The position numbers were made by a program, and so were the translations under genes. A model generated the notes under the pieces. The model had not been told where the DNA came from. It was given only the letters and a program-made list of their open reading frames with translations, and made no database searches. A stretch of DNA of 64,000 nt from a virus (lineage: Duplodnaviria > Heunggongvirae > Uroviricota > Caudoviricetes): IMG/VR virus record IMGVR_UViG_3300032327_001521; one strand, written 5' to 3'. Positions 11,001 to 20,181 of this stretch are shown piece by piece (position 1 is the stretch's first letter; the number at the start of each line of letters is the position of its first letter).

Positions 11001-14000
11001 ACCTGAACTAAATTCAGAAAGCGGATCATAAGACCCGATTAATAGGTTTTTAGCAATCTTATCAATACCGCTTATTGCAACCTCAATTAGGATAAGTATT
11101 GACTTTGAATTGGTATTTTCAATGATTCTATATGTGATTGGATTTTGCGGATTGGCTAGGCTCTCCTTAACCGGTTTTAATAAAATGCTAAAATTGTAAT
11201 CATTAAATCGGGTAGTAGTTTGTAAAATCTCACCGCTGGCATTCTTTTCAGAGAAAATAAATTTTGCACCATTAAATATCGTCTCATATTGATTTGTGAA
11301 TTGGTTTCGTATTAGTTTAGAGTATCTAAACTGTGGCCTGTCTATCTCCGAGCTGTTAAATTTTGGAACATATGTAAAATAGTCTTCAAAATATGCAGGA
11401 TCGCTAATTAGCCTATCGATATCCAATGGAGAATCAAAATAATAAAGATTTTTTCTAACAAGCTCTTGATCCAATAGATAGTTAAAATTAGATTCAACAT
11501 AGAACCATTCATGTGTAAGCTTTTCAGCGGTAGGAGCAGTTTCTCTATGTGATGGTCCAAAATTGTCTTTACCAAATGTAATATCGCAATTTAGTCGATA
11601 TGCATTACCCCTAGCATCAGTAGAATCGGCTATTCCCCATTTGGTAATGTACGGTATAACCCTACCATCAGTTGAAAAATCCTTTGAAAAGTTTTCAAGA
11701 TAAACATTGTATTCACTTAGGAGTCCATTGCTTAAATATTTGTCTCGATAGCCATAGGTTATTGAATTTTGGTTTGGAGCAGTGTGATCTGCACCTAGTC
11801 CAAAAAACCCAGTAAAATTTTGAAGATTATTGTCCTCATCTAGAATACCTATATCAAGTCTGGTATTTGGAGTAATATTTTCAACTTGTGAAATTATCCA
11901 GCCTGGTCCAAATATCGGTTCGCCAAATGTCTCGGTGACAGTTAGCATTAGGGAATTATTGCCTAAATCAACCTCATTTAACCGGGCGGTCATATAACTA
12001 AATGGATTTCCGAGTTTATGTAATCTGTACTTTGGAAAATTGGCATCAGCCGCTTCACCAAGCTTCATTATGGACCAATTGCTTATTGTATTGCCATCAC
12101 TGTATACATCAATTATTTCTAGAATTAACACAATCTGGTTTAATTCATCAATAATAGTTGAGTCAAATATACAACTTGCATAATTTTTGCTATTTCCAAA
12201 TAACTGTATTATATCCCCGTTTGTATAATTGGTAACACCTCTTAATTTACCGCCTGCAGTTTGGGTACCAGTAGCAGTAGTTATCGGAGTGCCGGCTGTA
12301 GCAAATTCTTCAGTAGATGCTAATTTTAACGATTTTCCGGCAATCGATGCATATACATAATATACAGTAGTAGTATTAAGTCCGGTAATAATACCGGTAG
12401 TATTACTAAGATAAACTGCTGTACCTGGAGTTAAAGCAGAAAAAGATGTCCCTGATACAGTTATCTCACGGTTAGTAGCTGTTCCAGAAGTTGCAGTACC
12501 TAACGCATCGGTAATAGCTGATCCAACTAAAGCATCGGTAATAGTGCTTGCTATATTAAAGGAAGTTGCAGTAGAATTATAAATAAAATAAGTAGTACTA
12601 CTATTAAGATTTGTTATTGGTCCAACATTACTTAATGTTACAGGAGTTCCAGCAAGTACGACTGGCATATCAATTCCAGATATTGTTACATTTGTAATAT
12701 TGGCAGTTATTGATGCATAACTAAAGCTTACGCTAGTTGTAATACCTGTATAATCTAATGACGTGTTATTGACTTCTAAATTGATGCCGGCTAATAATAA
12801 TTGACTATCTGGCCCATAGCTAGACAAATTAATAGCATTACTGTATTTTGCATATGAACCAGTAGGAACTTGTAAAAGTTCTAACTCAGATCTTATTGCT
12901 ATTGCATCAGCCTCACTAACAATTGGATTTACCGCGGCTTCATCAAATAGTAAATAGTCATTATCTATAGTTCTCCCAGCCTTAACTAGATTATAATTAT
13001 AGAATTTACCGGGCATAGTATCGGTAAGAGTAACAACTGGATTACCTGATATTACACTAAATTTATGTAAACCTTCCCGATCTTGCCAAATTAGCACAGG
13101 ATCTGAGCCAGTTGCAATATACTCAATTTCATTTATTGCGATTGATCCATCACCCACTAGCTGGTAACAGTATTGAGTAAAATCAAGTATTGAAGTATTT
13201 TCAGGTATGTAATAATATTGATATAGGTCTATTTCTGGAATTTTTGCATATCTAGAAGTATATGTATCAAAGTCAATGTCTTTAATCTCAAATAGAGATA
13301 AAAAACCTATACTAGGCTTAAAGATATTACGTATTTCAATTTTATCATAATCTATTAAGACTTTCTCCTCATCATGTATCATTAGGGTTGCATACTTTAA
13401 GTAGTCTGCAACTGTTTGGCCAGTAGTTTCGCCATTTCCATTATTTACATAGGTTGCTGAATTGCAAACTCTATCAATACTTGACCAATTAGCTGAGGTT
13501 TTAACTACTAAAGAATCTAATGATTGGCTAAGCCTTTCAATATTACCAACTGGAATTATAATTTGAGGCTTAATTAGGCCACCGTCTGCTAATACTGTGG
13601 AAGTTGTGTATTTTCCATTAATTAAAAAAGACTGAGACTCGCTAATGTTTCGTAAGCCTAACGAACCGTGGGTATTTCCATAGGTCCTTGACTGAATGAA
13701 TAGTGACTCATTATAGGTCGAAGCTACTAGGTGAGTTGAATATAGTTCTCCTATTAGTTTAGTAAGCGAGGTTGTTAATTTATTGGTATCGCTAACGGTC
13801 CATAGAACTTCAAAACCTGATGCAAAATCACTTTCTATGTTTGCAATTCTTGACTGAATTGTAAATTGCCCATCTGCTACACTTGTCACAATACCCTTAA
13901 TGTATCCACCTGATGAATTTTGGATTTTTACAATTTTTCCGGTTTTTAATCCAATTGCTGCACTTATTGCTGGCGCATTGTCACCGGTTAGCGATATTGT

Positions 14001-16433
14001 CCATGTAGAAAATGAGCCAGTTCCTATTGAGTCTATAATAGTTACTGCAAGAATGCCTGTTTCAGAATCATATGATTCAACTATTGCATTAAAGTAGGCA
14101 GTTGTAGAATTGTAAACCTGCACTTGTTGACCGGCTTCATATACTATAGTATTTTGAGTTTGAATTAAAAGAGCAGATTCAATATTAGTTAAGGTAGACA
14201 GATCAATTAGATCGGTCGATTCTCCTTTATCTGTAAAGGTGTATACAGCTGAGTCACTAATTGTTGTATTATCAATTGTGATAGCTGTTTGAGTTAAAGA
14301 GTCCTTTTCCGCATTATCCAAGTTAACATATATTCTTGAACCTACTGCTCCTTGTTCAAATTCTCTACCATTGGATTTCCAAACTGTACCATTTGCTTCT
14401 GACAGATATTGAATACCTAGGTCAAGACGTTGAACAATCCAAAGGCTGTCCGGTAATCTGCCGTATTCATAATCAACCAGTACGGTAATAGTAAGAGTCT
14501 CAGTATCTATTTCGGTAATCCTACCAGCCATTCGGTAAGATCGGTTAACTGGTTGATAGATCTTTACCATATTGCCAATTTCAAATAGGTCAACGCTATT
14601 GCATGGAACACTAATTGAGCCAAGGCTTGGAATTAGCGATCCAATCCCAGAATCTGATACTACTTGAATATTTGGAGTAAATTGAGCGCTTCGATTGATT
14701 GTCCAAGAGCTACTAGAGTCAGAACCACTCTCTTCTAATACATCAATGGTTAGGGTATTACCTGCAACCGTGTTGATTGTGCCTATTAAATAGCCACCGC
14801 CAGTTGCTCTGACAAATACTGTATTGTCTTCAGCAAATCCAGTTACATCAACACATTCTAGAACACATGTATCATTACCAAATGTGTGCTCACTACTAGA
14901 AGTTGTTTGAAAAAAATCGTCTGGGCTCTCAGTATCAAATAGGATTTGATCGACTATTGGATACTCTAATGAGTATTCTTCGCCGTTTTCAAAGAATCCA
15001 CCAACAAATACAATATCATCATATTTTTGGTGTGAGTCATTAGCTTCAAATGTTGATCCATTTTGATGGTAAAGTCGTATTGTATCTAGGTGAGCTGGCT
15101 CATCTTGTAACTGCAATAGGACTGTGGTTCGAGTATCCTGAACAATTTCTTGTGCAAGTTCTTGTGAAAATAGTGTGTCTGGCCCAAATAGTCTACCTAT
15201 ATCAAATGATGTATCATCAACTGCGAATGTTATATTGCTGCTAATTTGTGAAAATGGTTGAGCAGCTGGATCAGCTTTGTTGACTCTAATAAAGTGTAGG
15301 TTATCGCCCTTTGACCTAATATATGGAAACATTAGGTTATCGGCATCACTAAGTGATTGGTTAATAAAACTTAGATCAGTGGTAACGCCTTCTCCACGTA
15401 ATACCACACCTCGCGAATTAGTTAAGGTAACAGCAATGTCATCATACTTTGTATAGACTGACGGTACGGGATTATCATTGTCGGCATCATTCTCATACAT
15501 CTTTACTAGGTCTAAATCAAACCTAGCTAGGTCAATTGCATTACAATAGAATCCAATATATCGATTAATTGAATAGTCAGTTGATGTATCATCGTCAAAT
15601 AAAAACTCAAGATTAAGAATGCGTGGATGGACCACATTATTACGCTCAAATCCGCTGGTTATGTATTTCTCCAGGGCTAATTGTGGCAAGCCTCTTCGTA
15701 GTGTTGAGTCTAATAGTTCAGGTATTTCAACATATGTTCCGGAATTGATTGAAATACCCCGGTATAGTGAAAAACGGTCCTCTTTAAAGTTTACATAAAG
15801 TGGGTAATTAGGGTACATTGGATTTCTCCTAATATTACGTAAATACGTTCCTAAATTTGAGTCCTCCTTTAATGATATTGATTTAATAATTATTGCTTTC
15901 TTAAAAAGATCCTCTGCAAAATTGGTTTGACTAAAATCCGGATCATTGGTTTTTCTATACCATTCATCAGTTGAATAGTTTGAGGCTCCGGGTATCTTAA
16001 AGATTACAAAATACTCAGGTATAACTTTGTCTAGATAAAGCGGTGCAAGATAGCTAAACTTTTCAGAATAGTCAGCTGATAGGTATTTAGCGCCACTTGA
16101 GTAAAGATCAAAATCATATTGATCCTTAAGATCTCTAGCTAAAACGTCAGTTCTAACAGATGAACCTACTGCAAATGATATTTTGCTAGGAGTTCGACCA
16201 TTATCATAAAACCTAAAAATATTGGTCTCATGGTTGGATCTTGGATTGATTGGAAATAATTTGTACTTTTGATCAGCCAATTGCTCGGTTGCATCAATCG
16301 AATTAAACCACATTTCACCAGTTGAGTCGACTGTTAACTTAACATTAGATGTAAGCTTTGGATTGGTTCGGATAAGGCCGAAACTTACGTTACGGTCAGC
16401 AAGCTTTGTGTAGTTTAGATTAGTACTTGGCAA
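8097..16433 (-). CDS. Very large (2778 aa) virion structural protein, baseplate/tail-fibre-like, with repeated beta modules
   Basis: Single ORF with TTG start. At least 7 copies of a ~50-aa module ending W-x-I/V, plus two GTxVxLS..I.gLn..T.Y..Y...s..lA repeats. Confidence 0.7.
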   Translation of the reverse strand: MPSTNLNYTKLADRNVSFGLIRTNPKLTSNVKLTVDSTGEMWFNSIDATEQLADQKYKLFPINPRSNHETNIFRFYDNGRTPSKISFAVGSSVRTDVLARDLKDQYDFDLYSSGAKYLSADYSEKFSYLAPLYLDKVIPEYFVIFKIPGASNYSTDEWYRKTNDPDFSQTNFAEDLFKKAIIIKSISLKEDSNLGTYLRNIRRNPMYPNYPLYVNFKEDRFSLYRGISINSGTYVEIPELLDSTLRRGLPQLALEKYITSGFERNNVVHPRILNLEFLFDDDTSTDYSINRYIGFYCNAIDLARFDLDLVKMYENDADNDNPVPSVYTKYDDIAVTLTNSRGVVLRGEGVTTDLSFINQSLSDADNLMFPYIRSKGDNLHFIRVNKADPAAQPFSQISSNITFAVDDTSFDIGRLFGPDTLFSQELAQEIVQDTRTTVLLQLQDEPAHLDTIRLYHQNGSTFEANDSHQKYDDIVFVGGFFENGEEYSLEYPIVDQILFDTESPDDFFQTTSSSEHTFGNDTCVLECVDVTGFAEDNTVFVRATGGGYLIGTINTVAGNTLTIDVLEESGSDSSSSWTINRSAQFTPNIQVVSDSGIGSLIPSLGSISVPCNSVDLFEIGNMVKIYQPVNRSYRMAGRITEIDTETLTITVLVDYEYGRLPDSLWIVQRLDLGIQYLSEANGTVWKSNGREFEQGAVGSRIYVNLDNAEKDSLTQTAITIDNTTISDSAVYTFTDKGESTDLIDLSTLTNIESALLIQTQNTIVYEAGQQVQVYNSTTAYFNAIVESYDSETGILAVTIIDSIGTGSFSTWTISLTGDNAPAISAAIGLKTGKIVKIQNSSGGYIKGIVTSVADGQFTIQSRIANIESDFASGFEVLWTVSDTNKLTTSLTKLIGELYSTHLVASTYNESLFIQSRTYGNTHGSLGLRNISESQSFLINGKYTTSTVLADGGLIKPQIIIPVGNIERLSQSLDSLVVKTSANWSSIDRVCNSATYVNNGNGETTGQTVADYLKYATLMIHDEEKVLIDYDKIEIRNIFKPSIGFLSLFEIKDIDFDTYTSRYAKIPEIDLYQYYYIPENTSILDFTQYCYQLVGDGSIAINEIEYIATGSDPVLIWQDREGLHKFSVISGNPVVTLTDTMPGKFYNYNLVKAGRTIDNDYLLFDEAAVNPIVSEADAIAIRSELELLQVPTGSYAKYSNAINLSSYGPDSQLLLAGINLEVNNTSLDYTGITTSVSFSYASITANITNVTISGIDMPVVLAGTPVTLSNVGPITNLNSSTTYFIYNSTATSFNIASTITDALVGSAITDALGTATSGTATNREITVSGTSFSALTPGTAVYLSNTTGIITGLNTTTVYYVYASIAGKSLKLASTEEFATAGTPITTATGTQTAGGKLRGVTNYTNGDIIQLFGNSKNYASCIFDSTIIDELNQIVLILEIIDVYSDGNTISNWSIMKLGEAADANFPKYRLHKLGNPFSYMTARLNEVDLGNNSLMLTVTETFGEPIFGPGWIISQVENITPNTRLDIGILDEDNNLQNFTGFFGLGADHTAPNQNSITYGYRDKYLSNGLLSEYNVYLENFSKDFSTDGRVIPYITKWGIADSTDARGNAYRLNCDITFGKDNFGPSHRETAPTAEKLTHEWFYVESNFNYLLDQELVRKNLYYFDSPLDIDRLISDPAYFEDYFTYVPKFNSSEIDRPQFRYSKLIRNQFTNQYETIFNGAKFIFSEKNASGEILQTTTRFNDYNFSILLKPVKESLANPQNPITYRIIENTNSKSILILIEVAISGIDKIAKNLLIGSYDPLSEFSSGRLDQANLFTSGYSVNKDLITIPVDVVYTTNNSTEGNKAFNILYADETANIDQLELSGIAVNQFTGETISPFNLLAFKNILVKKGSDTSSQLLISTPSGSLFELANNDTLSDFCISGIGEYLTSGTSTNSINPSVLTIGSVLTIQTQTGLGYVKGQLIQIYNSPTSYIDGKVSAYTSGTGELSFSIINRVGSVLTSPWTISLASGAYPYRISRSKRVVSNTRAYKTVRLISDGLSQIYPILLDENGDVPIQRVDANWLSTGGDYRIQFNSEQVSNLTYVFMYSVKDKKYNSLKSSFSTVKLATGVSFSPLGSTSNGSSYSLIAKKLRGLPDFIYGLDSFINPTSGATDLRPAFAPIMMINRAGEIAILLDTRVDLNFATTSDRIIGLADPLLTGHAITTVSENSVTVSSYVDRNRGLPGIRYVSFEPVSYSAADMLADRIDLTNSYIGDTVTILFQNILPTPTISSKYKVNDIIRIENTVSGSATGNYLMAKITEVIPASFIIKAKVYYQSSNTQSGNQWSDLTANSLQVLKPGLSLAATNLSLNLSANPYPVKYTTNDLWTDGYQQFQLFSGKNYFLNLFENLSFANFLKTIRNGSAVLSWETYTDGVKSDGQPISIDVEEADTIEKSQIVSISEEFVEAGNRSQVGGYTATEQLTQKYELFRYSGEYEVLFKSIAGFKYRNQLGEFILDGSNVRLNPGVANFFVIPEFSYVKYSNQNILDLEQSPKFSARYPLIGESPIDYTAFNSLASSWDFGYHYQYFGKSTKTAIAGSNRITEDYSFVSKLINLPLEIMVEPAAFQQITNEEFEVTDQEFANLGIDFAYSIYATDIKLKINLDRLIAKKLISAGLGESFNRFFKAENGSTLQFDAALLGNQTLDEYKLNYCLVNLVKLYTLDTLQCYARPDHTLLDNSASFTQLTYNEIELQGYSQLNTIQINNPKSTILTCSVPKLASTGVSLVPKLKIKYI

Positions 16434-16451
16434 CTTAGTTAACCATTATTT

Positions 16452-19400
16452 TTAGGCAGTTAGAGCAGCAGTTCCAACAGTTGAAGTCTGGGATATTCCA
16501 GTAGCTGGAGTAATAACCGATGTCTCTTTTTCATATTGTGCTCTAACTTCAACGTCAAATGAAAATAGCTCGTCCTTAAGCCCAATATCAATTCCGATTT
16601 TCTTAACATAGCTAATATTCTTTAGACCAGATGGAGAATCTGCTCTAAAGCCGCCAACGTATTTTAAATAATCGGAGCACCGATATTGAAATATCAATGG
16701 TATTTTAATTGCAGTTGTTGTGCCATATGGAATAATTCTCTTTGCTCCATTTGGGCTTATTGATGTTGCTGCAATATTTGCATATGTATATGGCGAAATA
16801 TTCAGATAGGCACCACACGTATACTTTCCAATTAGGTACTTATCGTTTATGTCAAATGAAGTTTTAATTGGAAAATGAGATTCCCTCATAACGCTCTGGG
16901 ATGGAGTAGTTTGACCAGAGTCCAAACTTGGTATAGATGGCTTACGATATACTGCTTGCTGGAAATACTTTGCACCTAGTGCATTAACCATATCAGCTTG
17001 ACCTATTTCAAAATGGGCAGCATGGCTAAATGGTAATTTCTTTAGGACCGATGGAGCAACTGTGTAACCAGCTAAAGTAACTGATTGGCCTGATGCTTGA
17101 TTTAGATTGGCTGGCCTCGGCCTATACAGTGCTGGAGCCCAGGCTAGATTATACTTACCATTCTTTTTAATATCAGGATGGTCTATTGAAATACAGAACT
17201 CAGAAAGCAGTCCTCCGCCAGCTGGAGACCTATCACCACTAAAGCTGCCTGACCATACATTTTCGTTGATTGTCAAATCTTTCTCTATACCAAACGTTTT
17301 AATAGCTAAGGTTTTTAGAGTTGGCTTATATGGTAGATAGTGACCGGCTGTATACGGTACAGTTGATTCATATCCTACTTTATCTCTATTTGCAATAAAT
17401 CCACTATAGTCATAATCATATGATTCATCCAGATTACGAAATATAAAATCTCCATTTGGATCAGGTGGAACACCTGTTGCCCCGACATTTTCTATTGGTT
17501 CAGCAACAACAAGCGCATCTGATAGATTTAGAGTTTTGGCTCGTTGATATAGTATTTGACCTTTAACCTGAGAAGATTGTAGGCCTTCTGCTTGTTGTAA
17601 ACCTGCAACTACACCAGGACTTGGATTGTTTATGGTTATTGGTGTAATATCATAGCGTAGGCTTGTATCATATATGCTGGTTGCGCCAGGATTAGAAGTA
17701 GGCGCAGCTTCCGCAGTTCCACCAATTATTGATGAAATAAGCTCAAGTGCAGTTTGAGAAGTATTCTCTATCTGAATAGAGTACTGCTTGCTAATGATTT
17801 TACCATGTTCATATTGAATACTTTTTCCTGATGCATTCTTGATTTGATCTTTGTAATAACCGGCAAAAATATTAACAGTCTGACCATTAGATACCTCTAT
17901 TTGATTACCGTCTTGGTCTATGATACTGACCTTTAACTGACCAGCTCCACTTGCAATTGCAGTTTGGACAGAGGTTAAGGTATCGCTAATTGATTTTAGT
18001 TTGGTATATAGATCGACTACGCTGCCATCTGTTGAGAAAAATCCACTAGCAATATCGTCTGTCTTATGAGCAAAATACTTATCACGAGTTGTAAATGAAG
18101 TACCGAGGTGCAGATCTAGACCCTTTGAGTTAAGCTCATCTTGAAAGTTTATCTTGGCCTCTTCTGCAAATGCCTGCTGTGAAATGACAGAAATATCCTC
18201 TAGGCTTTGTAGATTTGCTGGAAACTCAATTAGTACTGAATTTGACCAGTCTGACTCAATTGGGTTATCCGGAAAACCTGCTTCAGACAAGCTCTTTACT
18301 TTAATCTCAACTACTTGACCCTTTGAGATTGGGATCTCAACCTGGTTAATATTAACTGAGTCTGGATCTGATATTTTCTCAGGTGCCCATTCATAAAAAC
18401 CAGTTGTTGTGTTAAAATTCTTTTTACGAACAATAGATAGGGACTCTTTCCATGGAGAGAATGCTCCAACCACCTTATTTCCAGCTGGATCAGTAAATGT
18501 TATTTGCTCAACCTTTTCGCTTGTACCAGTTTTACTCAATACCCGGTATGCAATCTTAAACTGGACCACATTTTGGATACCATTCTCGGTAACTTTAGGA
18601 TCAGGTATATGCCAAAAGCCTTTAACTCTGTATACTGGAGCAGCCGTTAACGTTGGAACTGACTTAACTGCAGTTGTTACAGATGAGATTTTAGATGACT
18701 GCTGAGTAGTTAGAGTCTTACGATTATCCGATAGAGATGCAAGATCTTTTGATAACTTAAGCTTTTGAGCCTCGCTAAGCGTTGCATTAATATTAAGTTC
18801 AGATCGTTTATCGCTAATCTGCTTATCAACCTCTCTGATTTGAGATTTAACCTGCTCAATTGAAGAGATATTTTTCTTTACCTGTAGAATATCATCCGAT
18901 TCTCTAATGTGTTCATCAGATTGAATAACAGTAAAGGAACCTGTTTCTAAAACTGGTGCACTCGGTATATCGCCTAGAGAAGCTGGTAATTTACGCTCTT
19001 TGGCATAGCTAAGAAAAAGTAAACCGAAATCTGACACAAACTGCTTATAGAAGTCGGACATGTTCATGTTTTCTCCGTTACCGAGAGAAATGGTTAGTTC
19101 ATTACTGTAAATACCAATACCTTGCGAAAGGTTATCTGTTGATATTCTAAGTCGTGTACTAATAGGTCGTAGAAAGATAACTTGACGCTCATTGTAACCT
19201 ACATTAATAGACAGAGTTGTAACCGGGTCAAGTTGAGGTTTGATAGTTAATTCATTTGCACCAAGAGCAAGCGAACCAATACCAAATACGCGATTAAGCA
19301 CAACACTCTTTTGAGCGGTATTAACTGCAGTAATTTCATATTCTGAATTGTCTTGCGTTATCAAATAGTCTCCGACTTTAAGTGTTCGTTGAACAAGTCC

Positions 19401-20180
19401 GTTTGGTGAACTTGCTGACTTTTCAGTGTACCTTAACGTATTTAGTACGTATTTGGTTATGGTAAATGTCAAGGTTTCTGCTCCAATAACCTCTGACTGG
19501 ACATCACTTAGTATGTCTAGGATATTAAATGAACCCGAGCGCTTGTTTTGAGATGGTGGCAATAGGACCTCATTTGAATCTTCAAAGGTATTTATTGCCC
19601 TGGCATTAAGATCCGCTAGTAGATTAGAATAGACAATATTGTTTTGACCTTTATAAGTTGCATCAAAGTATGTAGTATCCTCTATTGCCTGTGAAGTCAT
19701 AATCACTCTCTTAACCTCAAACTTATCAACGTCAGATGTTGCAATTGACTCAACTGGGATATCGACATAGATTAGAGGATTTAAGAAAGACTCGAAAAAC
19801 CAGTTAGTCTTATAGTTAAAGGTTAATGGGTTTGGAACAGTTTTTCCAGCTACTGAATCGAGGTCAGCAACCACTTGCGAAATATCCTGTAGTTCAAATC
19901 TCCTAAGCTGGCCGTTTTCATCCATTACACCAACTTGATTGGCATTACCTGTCAGCAGAGAATTAAATTTATCATCAATTGAATCAATCTTATTCTTTAG
20001 GTATGCAAAAGACGGTACATTGAAGGTCTTTGGTGTTCCATCCTGTAAGGTCTGATTAATTGCAACCGTATCGGAACTCGTGGTCAACATTTGCGAGAGC
20101 TTATTAAGAAACTCTTGCATGTTGTTTATATCAACTCCAAGCTCAGCTAGGTAATCCGATAGTGTAGATTTATTGGCCAT
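16452..20180 (-). CDS. Large structural protein with central coiled coil and FN3-like segment
   Basis: 1242-aa ORF. Heptad region IEQVKSQIREVDKQISDKRSEL. FN3-like VEIKVKSLSEAGFPDNPIESDWS. Co-oriented with the structural block. Confidence 0.6.
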   Translation of the reverse strand: MANKSTLSDYLAELGVDINNMQEFLNKLSQMLTTSSDTVAINQTLQDGTPKTFNVPSFAYLKNKIDSIDDKFNSLLTGNANQVGVMDENGQLRRFELQDISQVVADLDSVAGKTVPNPLTFNYKTNWFFESFLNPLIYVDIPVESIATSDVDKFEVKRVIMTSQAIEDTTYFDATYKGQNNIVYSNLLADLNARAINTFEDSNEVLLPPSQNKRSGSFNILDILSDVQSEVIGAETLTFTITKYVLNTLRYTEKSASSPNGLVQRTLKVGDYLITQDNSEYEITAVNTAQKSVVLNRVFGIGSLALGANELTIKPQLDPVTTLSINVGYNERQVIFLRPISTRLRISTDNLSQGIGIYSNELTISLGNGENMNMSDFYKQFVSDFGLLFLSYAKERKLPASLGDIPSAPVLETGSFTVIQSDEHIRESDDILQVKKNISSIEQVKSQIREVDKQISDKRSELNINATLSEAQKLKLSKDLASLSDNRKTLTTQQSSKISSVTTAVKSVPTLTAAPVYRVKGFWHIPDPKVTENGIQNVVQFKIAYRVLSKTGTSEKVEQITFTDPAGNKVVGAFSPWKESLSIVRKKNFNTTTGFYEWAPEKISDPDSVNINQVEIPISKGQVVEIKVKSLSEAGFPDNPIESDWSNSVLIEFPANLQSLEDISVISQQAFAEEAKINFQDELNSKGLDLHLGTSFTTRDKYFAHKTDDIASGFFSTDGSVVDLYTKLKSISDTLTSVQTAIASGAGQLKVSIIDQDGNQIEVSNGQTVNIFAGYYKDQIKNASGKSIQYEHGKIISKQYSIQIENTSQTALELISSIIGGTAEAAPTSNPGATSIYDTSLRYDITPITINNPSPGVVAGLQQAEGLQSSQVKGQILYQRAKTLNLSDALVVAEPIENVGATGVPPDPNGDFIFRNLDESYDYDYSGFIANRDKVGYESTVPYTAGHYLPYKPTLKTLAIKTFGIEKDLTINENVWSGSFSGDRSPAGGGLLSEFCISIDHPDIKKNGKYNLAWAPALYRPRPANLNQASGQSVTLAGYTVAPSVLKKLPFSHAAHFEIGQADMVNALGAKYFQQAVYRKPSIPSLDSGQTTPSQSVMRESHFPIKTSFDINDKYLIGKYTCGAYLNISPYTYANIAATSISPNGAKRIIPYGTTTAIKIPLIFQYRCSDYLKYVGGFRADSPSGLKNISYVKKIGIDIGLKDELFSFDVEVRAQYEKETSVITPATGISQTSTVGTAALTA

Positions 20181-20181
20181 G

